Shown: positions 58,701 to 64,000 of the stretch, in pieces | How positions within the stretch are numbered: the first letter of the stretch is position 1 | Layout: every line of letters starts with the position of its first letter | From: a bacterium | GTDB lineage: Bacteria > JADJOY01 | Reading direction: 5' to 3' | DNA: 64,000 nt | Assembly: GCA_046331705.1 (NCBI GenBank) | Contig: JAXLQJ010000043.1 | Span: forward strand, 1 to 64,000 | The notes under the pieces: generated by a model | The model's input: only the letters and a program-made list of their open reading frames with translations | What the model was told of the DNA's origin: nothing | Databases searched by the model: none | Position numbers and translations under genes: made by a program

Positions 58701-58804
58701 TGGGGATCATCTCCCACGTCGCCGAGCTGCGCGAGCGAATCGACGTGCGCCTCGAGGTGGCTCCCTCGCAGCGCGGCTCCACGGCGCGCCTGGTGATGCC
58801 GTGA
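55736..58804 (+). CDS. sbcC: Exonuclease SbcCD subunit C (SMC-family ATPase)
   Basis: GPTGAGKT, LPQGEF, CPVCG zinc hook, LSGGE, FIDEGFGSLD, IISH. Confidence 0.95.
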   Translation: MRPERLLVRGFGPYAEPCTIDFRGLGSSALFLIHGPTGAGKTSLLDAMCFALYGEASGGERRGDELRSHLVGSGVETEVTLDFRLGAARYRVTRRPRYRRPKKRGEGDVEVDGRATLWDRSEATDDAHEGKPLAAKSSEVDREIARRLGFTADEFRQVIVLPQGEFRRLLTSTSDAREAILEVLFRTAHYRAIEAALARAALAARRELEALEARRQAVLEQSDAVSEDELSTRRASRVAEVHANRAELARLVEEERRARSDLEAARVAARQLAERADAAAVLAALASGAAEIDVLRGEIEAARRAAPLVELVAAWRRVEDERRALEDAHRDAAANEERAQSAHARAREALAREQGRGPEREAARRAVDRLLAVGEQLTRWRAAQAEAADAAARVAKLETVANDTRAERERAERTLAEQAETRARAALAAERLAGLEATAREARMLLARRVDLARTERALGAERRRYERTGAALAEAESRREAARAVAARLETLWRAGQAQRLAATLVAGEPCPVCGAVEHPRPAAASAEDVDDSALDAARAELAACEERSSEAERAHAAAGRELASLEGAHAEKRAGLAAAADESPEALEARAIAAEGEHDLAAAEVARIDGIDAALATARQRHEAAGARLASIDEELSTARRTQAVASGVVAERAEAIPGELRAPGALEANVRAARETLDALEAAFAAAEVEARACREAHEAALRARGATASALAVKGAESERLGPELAVKRARAGFADETALAAAVRTPAQLAVLDTRIREFDASLAAARDRLARAEEEVRGSEAPDVTSVEARHESARQRAEAASNAIVALEGEVARIDKALASLGEIGDELRARDQRFRALGQLAELADGKRNSLRMSFQRFVLAALLDEALTAATVRLRAMSRGRFLLQRAAIATDQRRAGGLDLEVFDLHTGQGRSARTLSGGESFLASLALALGLADVVQAHAGGMRLDTLFIDEGFGSLDSESLDLAMRALEDLERGGRLVGIISHVAELRERIDVRLEVAPSQRGSTARLVMP

Positions 58805-58827
58805 CGCGCGGCCGGTGAAGGCCGGGC

Positions 58828-59991
58828 TCAGGTGACGAGCGGCAGCGGGTCGAGCGGCGGCGCGTCGGGTCGACGCACGGAGTGCCCGCGCTGGTCCGGG
58901 CTCTCGCCGCGCCAGCCGCCGGGCGCGAAGTAGCAGTAGGCGCGCTCGCACGGGAAGCCGCGGTTCTCGCGGAAGAGCGCCTCGCAATCGCGCACCAGCG
59001 CTTCGCCCTCGAGACCGCCCTCCACGCGATCGAGCGCCTGGGCGAGCGAGCGCACGTCCGCGATCCGCTGGCTCAGCGCGTAACGACGTCCGGCGACCTT
59101 GAGGCTGCGCACGCCGGCGCGGCCCAGGGCGCCCACGGAGCAGAGCGCGCAGCGATAACGCACCCGCGACACCGTCATGTAGTCCACGTGGTAGCGACCA
59201 ACGGCCTCCACGTCGAGGTCCTGGGCGCCCTCCTCCACCTCCACCACCACCTGCTCGTCCTTGAGGTGGCAGGGCAGCATCTCGCTCTCCTCGAGCATCC
59301 CCATCAGGATGCGAGGGGGGATGTGCGCCGTGAGGGGGCGCAGCCAGCGTTCGACACGCGGTTGCGTGAGCAGCTTCCCGCCCAGCGACGGCGCTTGCTG
59401 GATGGGGTGCAGGAAGCCGCAATGGCCGTCGACGAGATGGCAGCCGTCGTTCATCACCAACACCTCGATCTCGAGGTCGCCGGCGACGCCCACCAGCTCG
59501 GCGATCTCGGGCTCGGTGAGGTGGCGCGGCAGCACGGCGCGCCGAAAGCCGAGCGCGCGCCAATGCGCGAGCGCTTCGCCGTTGAACGCGGCGGCCACGC
59601 TCGAGAGATGCAACGGCACGTGCGGCGCGCTCTCGCGCAGCTGCGGCAGGATCGCCGGGTCGGCGACGATGAAGGCGTCGACGCCCGCCCCGCTCGCGCG
59701 CTCGATCTGCTCGCGCGCGAGCGGCAAGCTCGCGGCAGTGAAGTGATTGTTGAGCGCCAGGAACACCTCGACGCGAGCCGCATGCGCGCGCCGCACCACC
59801 TGCGCGAGCTCGCGGTAGTCGAGGAGGTTCGAGCCGGCGTCGTCGCGGCGATTGGCGTGCTCGACGCCGGCCTCGCGCGCGGCGTCGTTGCGTGGTTGCA
59901 CGCCGCAGTAGAGCTCGCTCGCGCCGGCCTCCACGAGGGGCTCGACGTCGCTGGGCTCGGAGACGGGGGCGGTGATGGCGGGTCGCTTCAT
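58828..59991 (-). CDS. U32 peptidase family Fe-S protein (UbiU/TrhP-like)
   Basis: EAGASELYCG, GVDAFIVAD, HLSS, RAVLPRHLT, C-x6-C (GCHLVDGHC), CALC, SLKVAGR. Confidence 0.85.
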   Translation of the reverse strand: MKRPAITAPVSEPSDVEPLVEAGASELYCGVQPRNDAAREAGVEHANRRDDAGSNLLDYRELAQVVRRAHAARVEVFLALNNHFTAASLPLAREQIERASGAGVDAFIVADPAILPQLRESAPHVPLHLSSVAAAFNGEALAHWRALGFRRAVLPRHLTEPEIAELVGVAGDLEIEVLVMNDGCHLVDGHCGFLHPIQQAPSLGGKLLTQPRVERWLRPLTAHIPPRILMGMLEESEMLPCHLKDEQVVVEVEEGAQDLDVEAVGRYHVDYMTVSRVRYRCALCSVGALGRAGVRSLKVAGRRYALSQRIADVRSLAQALDRVEGGLEGEALVRDCEALFRENRGFPCERAYCYFAPGGWRGESPDQRGHSVRRPDAPPLDPLPLVT

Positions 59992-59995
59992 GACG

Positions 59996-60799
59996 TCACA
60001 TCGGCAGCGCCGGCTGGTGGACCCATCGGTCGATTCGCCAGCCGCTCGGCGGCGTCGGTGGCGCGGGGTTCTCGTAGAAGTAGCTGTTGCCCTTGAGCCT
60101 GAGCGGCATCCCGTGCTCGCGCTCGATGCGAAGCGTGTAGCCACGGCATTCGCGGGCGCAGCCCGGCAGCGGATACGGCGCGCGATCGGGGTGCTGGTGC
60201 AGGCTGGCGGTGGGGCACGTGCGTGACGTCGACACCAGCACGAACGGGTAGTAAAGGCTGCCCGGGAGCTCGAGGTGCTCGTCGCCCGGGCCCCCCTCGA
60301 GCCCTTGCGCGAGGTGCTCGTACTCGATGCGCGCGAAGCCGAGCGCCCGCAGCGAGCGCAGGAAGCCCGGGATCGCCACCGGCGTGCCGCGCAGATGGGC
60401 CTCTCCGGCGCCGCCGCTCTCGAGGTAACGCGGGATCATCGGGTCGCGCTTGAGCTTGTGCAGCAAGCGCCCGAACACCAGGCCGAAGCCGCCCGCGCGT
60501 TCGCGGAGCATTCGATGGACGCCCCAATCGTTGACGACGATCTCCGCGTTCGGAGCCTCGCGCGCGAGAACGTCGAGAAGCCGCGCGAAGGGCTCGAGAT
60601 CCGGTTGCGCGAGGTAAGGCGTGACGAACGTGATGGGCTTGCCGGCGTCGCGGGTCCGCGCCAGCACCTGCCTGAGCTCCGCTGGCCGCGGCAGCAGCCG
60701 CGGGCAGACCTCGTTGCCGAAATAGAGTCGGTCCGCGGCGAGGAGCGCCTCGTCGCGTAGTCGCGCCGGATCGGAAACGAAGAGAGCGGTCTCGTTCAC
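59996..60799 (-). CDS. U32-family partner protein (UbiV-like)
   Basis: RLYFGNEVC, IVVNDWG, C-x18-C-x3-C, LKGN; 4 bp from the downstream U32 gene; start uncertain. Confidence 0.65.
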   Translation of the reverse strand: MNETALFVSDPARLRDEALLAADRLYFGNEVCPRLLPRPAELRQVLARTRDAGKPITFVTPYLAQPDLEPFARLLDVLAREAPNAEIVVNDWGVHRMLRERAGGFGLVFGRLLHKLKRDPMIPRYLESGGAGEAHLRGTPVAIPGFLRSLRALGFARIEYEHLAQGLEGGPGDEHLELPGSLYYPFVLVSTSRTCPTASLHQHPDRAPYPLPGCARECRGYTLRIEREHGMPLRLKGNSYFYENPAPPTPPSGWRIDRWVHQPALPM

Positions 60800-60967
60800 C
60801 AGCCGCACCGGTAAGGCGAAGCCGAGGCGGGGGGCGCGCGGCACCGCGTGCGATCGAGGCGATCTGCGCCGAAGTGCGGCACGATCCCGATCGTGCGGGC
60901 AGAATAGGAACCGCTCGGAGGGGGCGTCAAGGAAAGCGCCCATCGCGAGCTCGGCCGCTGCCACCCC

Positions 60968-61795
60968 ATGCTTCCCTCGAACGATCTCGCGTCCGCGCTG
61001 CGCTGTCCGCGCTGCGGTGCATGCGCGCTCCGGCGCGCGATCGACGCGTGCACGCTCGAGTGCCAGGGTTGCGGCGCGGAGGTGGCGTGGTCGCGGGGCT
61101 TCGGCGATTTCACCTGGGCGGGGAACGACCCGGCTTCGGGTGAGGAGGCGATCGCGCGGCGCTACGACGGGCTCGGCGGGGCGAGCTACGACTGGTTGGT
61201 GCGGCACGCGTTCGCGGCGGAGCTGCTCTTCCGGCGCTTCTGGGGCGCGTCGCATGCGGCGGCGGCGCGGCGGATCGCGGCGCGCTTCCCGGACGCGAAG
61301 GGCGCGCGGGTGCTGGATCTACCGGTGGGTGGCGGCGCGGCGCTGGTGCGACACCGGGCATCGCTCGTGTCGGCGCGGTGGGTGGTGGGCGTGGACCTGT
61401 CGGCGGGGATGCTCGCCCGCGCGGCGCGGCGGTTGGCGGCGCTCGGGACGGGCCACGTGGCGCTGGTTCGAGCACCCGCCACGCGCTTGCCGCTCGCTGA
61501 TGCCACGGTGGACCAGGCGCTCGCCGTCAACAGCCTTCACTGCTTCGTCGATCCTGGCGGCGCGCTTCGCGAGCTGCGTCGCGTGCTGGCGCCGGGGGGC
61601 GTGCTGGCGGGGTCGTGCATCGTGCGCGGTGCCGGTCCCGCCGCCGACCGGCGCATCGAGCGCATGCGGGAGCGCGGCCATTTCGCGGCAGCGCTCGAGC
61701 GCACCGAGATCGAGCGCGCGCTGGGTGCCGCGGGCCTCGAGGCGATCGGTTGCGATCAGCTCGGCGCGGTGCTCGTCTTCGCCGCGCGTGGATGA
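60968..61795 (+). CDS. Class I SAM-dependent methyltransferase with N-terminal Zn ribbon
   Basis: CPRC...CQGC; VLDLPVGGG, GVDLSAGML, LRELRRVLAPGG. Confidence 0.85.
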   Translation: MLPSNDLASALRCPRCGACALRRAIDACTLECQGCGAEVAWSRGFGDFTWAGNDPASGEEAIARRYDGLGGASYDWLVRHAFAAELLFRRFWGASHAAAARRIAARFPDAKGARVLDLPVGGGAALVRHRASLVSARWVVGVDLSAGMLARAARRLAALGTGHVALVRAPATRLPLADATVDQALAVNSLHCFVDPGGALRELRRVLAPGGVLAGSCIVRGAGPAADRRIERMRERGHFAAALERTEIERALGAAGLEAIGCDQLGAVLVFAARG

Positions 61796-61836
61796 TGGCG
61801 GCTGGCCGGCGGCATCGCGTGGGCTGCGCTCGAGGC

Positions 61837-63123
61837 TCAGGGGATCGCGAGCGAGACCAAGCTCGCGGCGAGCATCGCGCCGAAGCCGAGCCCGACCACT
61901 CGGCCGAACGCCCAGCCGCCGATCGCGATCGCGATCCCGCCCTTGACGATCGTGTTAGAGATCACCGCGACCCAGATGGCCGTGGCCGCGACGTTCACGT
62001 CGAGGCCCGCTTTGGCGAGGCCGGCCATGGAGAGCGTGATCGCGTCCACGTCGGTGGTTCCGGCGAGCGCGCTGGTCACGTAGATCCCGCGCGAGCCGAG
62101 GCTCTCGTTGGCGGCTTTCACGGCGACCAGGATCGCCGTGAAGAGCAGCGCGAACTTGACCGCTTGCGTGAGCTCGAAGGGATTGGCGAACGCCACGTTG
62201 GCGGGCGTGGGCGCGCTCGCGCGGGTCCGCTTGAGCAGCAGCAGCGCCACCATCGCGCCGGCGAGCGTCATGGGCACGAGCGAGTGGCAGAGCGGTATCA
62301 AGGTGGGCCGGTGGATCACCGCGACGAGGATCAACACGCGCACGTACATGATGCTCGACGCCAGCACCACGGCGAGTGCCGCCGGCTCGAGGATGGAGCG
62401 GTCGCGACGCGCGCTGCCCGAGGCCGAGAGCGTCACGGCGACCGACGACACGAGGCCGCCGACCAGCCCGGTCACGCCGAGCCCGCGTCCTGGTCCGAGC
62501 ACCCGAATCGCGAGATAGCCCACGAAGCTCACGCCCGCGATGAGCGCGATCATCCAGCCGATCTTGCGCGGGTTGAGGACCGCGTACGGGCCGAGGTCGC
62601 GATCCGGCAGCAGCGGCAGCACCACCACCGCCACCAGCAAGAACTTGAGGGTCGCGTAGACGTCGTCCTTCGACGCTTGCGCCACCAGCGAATGAAGCAC
62701 GGGTTTGAGCGACAGCACCAGGGTCATCACCACCGCGATCGCGGACACGGTCACCAGTCGGCGGCCCGTGGGCTCGATCACGTGCTCGGTGGTGGCGAGC
62801 GCGCCGATCAGGTAGGTCACCAGCGCGGCGATCTCGGACGTCAGTCCCGAATCGCCGCCCGCGCGGACGCTGCGCAGGTGGACGACGCCGAGCAAGGACA
62901 TCACCGCGAGGAACGGGAGCAGCACGATGCCCGGGCCGAGGGAGCGCGCGAGCAGCGCGGAGATGGCGCCGGCGAGCGCGAAGAGCGGGAACGTGCGCGA
63001 GCCGCCGAAGAAGTAGCGCCGGTCCTCGGCGCTGGCGGGATGCGATTGCTCGCGTTCGAGCCCGATGAGGAGCCCGACAGCGCACGCGACCGCGAGCGAG
63101 AGGAAGGGCTCGTATGCGTCCAT
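61837..63123 (-). CDS. MgtC/SapB family protein with DUF4010
   Basis: GLLIGLERE, GSRTF, GLTSE, GGLVSS.AVT, GTTDVDAITLS, SNTIVKG. Confidence 0.88.
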   Translation of the reverse strand: MDAYEPFLSLAVACAVGLLIGLEREQSHPASAEDRRYFFGGSRTFPLFALAGAISALLARSLGPGIVLLPFLAVMSLLGVVHLRSVRAGGDSGLTSEIAALVTYLIGALATTEHVIEPTGRRLVTVSAIAVVMTLVLSLKPVLHSLVAQASKDDVYATLKFLLVAVVVLPLLPDRDLGPYAVLNPRKIGWMIALIAGVSFVGYLAIRVLGPGRGLGVTGLVGGLVSSVAVTLSASGSARRDRSILEPAALAVVLASSIMYVRVLILVAVIHRPTLIPLCHSLVPMTLAGAMVALLLLKRTRASAPTPANVAFANPFELTQAVKFALLFTAILVAVKAANESLGSRGIYVTSALAGTTDVDAITLSMAGLAKAGLDVNVAATAIWVAVISNTIVKGGIAIAIGGWAFGRVVGLGFGAMLAASLVSLAIP

Positions 63124-63220
63124 TGTGGACAATCCTATACGAGCGCGGGTGTGCGACGGCACGCCGTTTGAACATGCCGGACTCCGTCGCGGGAGCCTGG
63201 CACCGAAGTCGGCACTCGAA

Positions 63221-63243
63221 GCGATGCGCGAGTCGCGCATCGC
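63221..63243. repeat. Perfect 10-bp inverted repeat in the divergent intergenic region
   Basis: GCGATGCGCG-AGT-CGCGCATCGC; no U-tract. Confidence 0.5.
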
Positions 63244-63467
63244 GGCCCGGTTGGGTGGGCCCTCGCGACCGTGGCCGCATGGACGCGACCTTTCCCTCAT
63301 CCCCCGCTACGTGTCAGCGATCACAGGCGTTTTTCGTGGTCACGGCCGCGCGGGCGTGGGATGCGGCCGGCGCGAGACATCGTGTGCGGCGCCACCCTGA
63401 AGCCGCTGGCAACCGCCGGACGTGGTCGTGTCGCAGGTCAATCCCCTGACGACCGAGAGGAGCATCG

Positions 63468-64000
63468 ATGACGCCTGAATCCGCCGCTTCACTCGAGGAT
63501 GCCCGCGCCCGCGCCCGTAACTCCTCGGCGGGGGCCCCGGTGATGCCACGGCCCGAGACCGCGCTGAATGTGCGGCCGGCGGTCGCTTCGGGCCGCGTTC
63601 CGCAGGCGACGCCTGGCATGGACGAGCGGAAGTTTCGGGGAATTCTCTCGGCAGGTCTCAAGTACCGGGCTCGCGACATCCACTTCAAGGTGGGCTCGCC
63701 GCCGTTGATGCGCATCCTGGACGAGCTGCGCGAGACGCCGATCCCCAAGCTCAACGCCGACGACATCGAATGGATCGTGCGGTTCCTGTTGCGGCGCAGC
63801 CATCACAATCCCGAGAACCTCATCGACGAGATCGAGACCTGCTTCGAGCTCGAGAACGCCGCGCGCTTTCGGGCCAGCATCTTCTGGCAGATGGGGACGG
63901 TCGCGGTGGTGTTGCGGATCGTGCCGAGCGAGATCCCGTCGTTCGACTCGCTCGATCTGCCGCGCTCGATCCGCCAGGTCGCGGATCTGCAACGTGGGCT
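63468..64000 (+). CDS. PilT/PilU family type IV pilus ATPase, 5' part (runs off the window)
   Basis: Hand translation: RDIHFKVGSPPLMR...ARFRASIFWQMGTVAVVLRIVPSEIPSFDSLDLP...LQRG; GAGGAG RBS; absent from the ORF track because it has no stop in the window. Confidence 0.85.
   Translation, partial: MTPESAASLEDARARARNSSAGAPVMPRPETALNVRPAVASGRVPQATPGMDERKFRGILSAGLKYRARDIHFKVGSPPLMRILDELRETPIPKLNADDIEWIVRFLLRRSHHNPENLIDEIETCFELENAARFRASIFWQMGTVAVVLRIVPSEIPSFDSLDLPRSIRQVADLQRG

Noticed and set aside
54553-58804. SbcCD as an SMC-type defence system (Wadjet or Lamassu)
   Set aside because: Canonical sbcD-sbcC pair with a zinc hook and no jet or lmu partner genes.
63198-63213. Sigma-54 promoter (TGGCAC...) upstream of the PilT-like gene
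   Set aside because: The -12 GC is one base off the required spacing and TTGC is absent.

Overview
High-GC bacterial genomic window; the gene content suggests a Myxococcota/Deltaproteobacteria-like organism, but this is inference only. It has about 42 genes. I could not recognise any rRNA, tRNA, CRISPR array, transposase or integrase. Two regions of NLR-like (STAND) genes stand out. (1) At 7.2-13.7 kb, two tandem NACHT + FGE-sulfatase/C-type-lectin genes share a 207-bp repeat at their 3' ends. The repeat has 20 coding mismatches, none synonymous, in the pattern of a diversity-generating retroelement (DGR) variable repeat, and identity continues past the stop codon. No reverse transcriptase or template repeat is in the window, so these look like remote DGR targets. 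Both proteins also carry a matching Gly/Ala/Val-rich amyloid-signalling-like motif, but only one has effector domains (TIR and a Bell-like helical domain). (2) At 28.5-42.0 kb, five tandem paralogs of class III adenylate cyclase-STAND ATPase-TPR have conserved N-termini and divergent TPR regions. The first is coupled to thyA-folA; the other four form two coupled pairs, each behind a conserved upstream motif at the same distance from the start codon. Other content: nitrilase, two GT-C-like membrane proteins, CPBP protease, M1 aminopeptidase, an ECF sigma operon with a densely frameshifted 2-kb tail, LOG and beta-CASP genes, arsS with its AhpD-like partner, CocE-FN3 hydrolase, CDF transporter, secreted hydrolases, PPK2, sbcDC, a UbiU/UbiV-like U32 pair, MgtC/DUF4010 and a truncated PilT-like ATPase.
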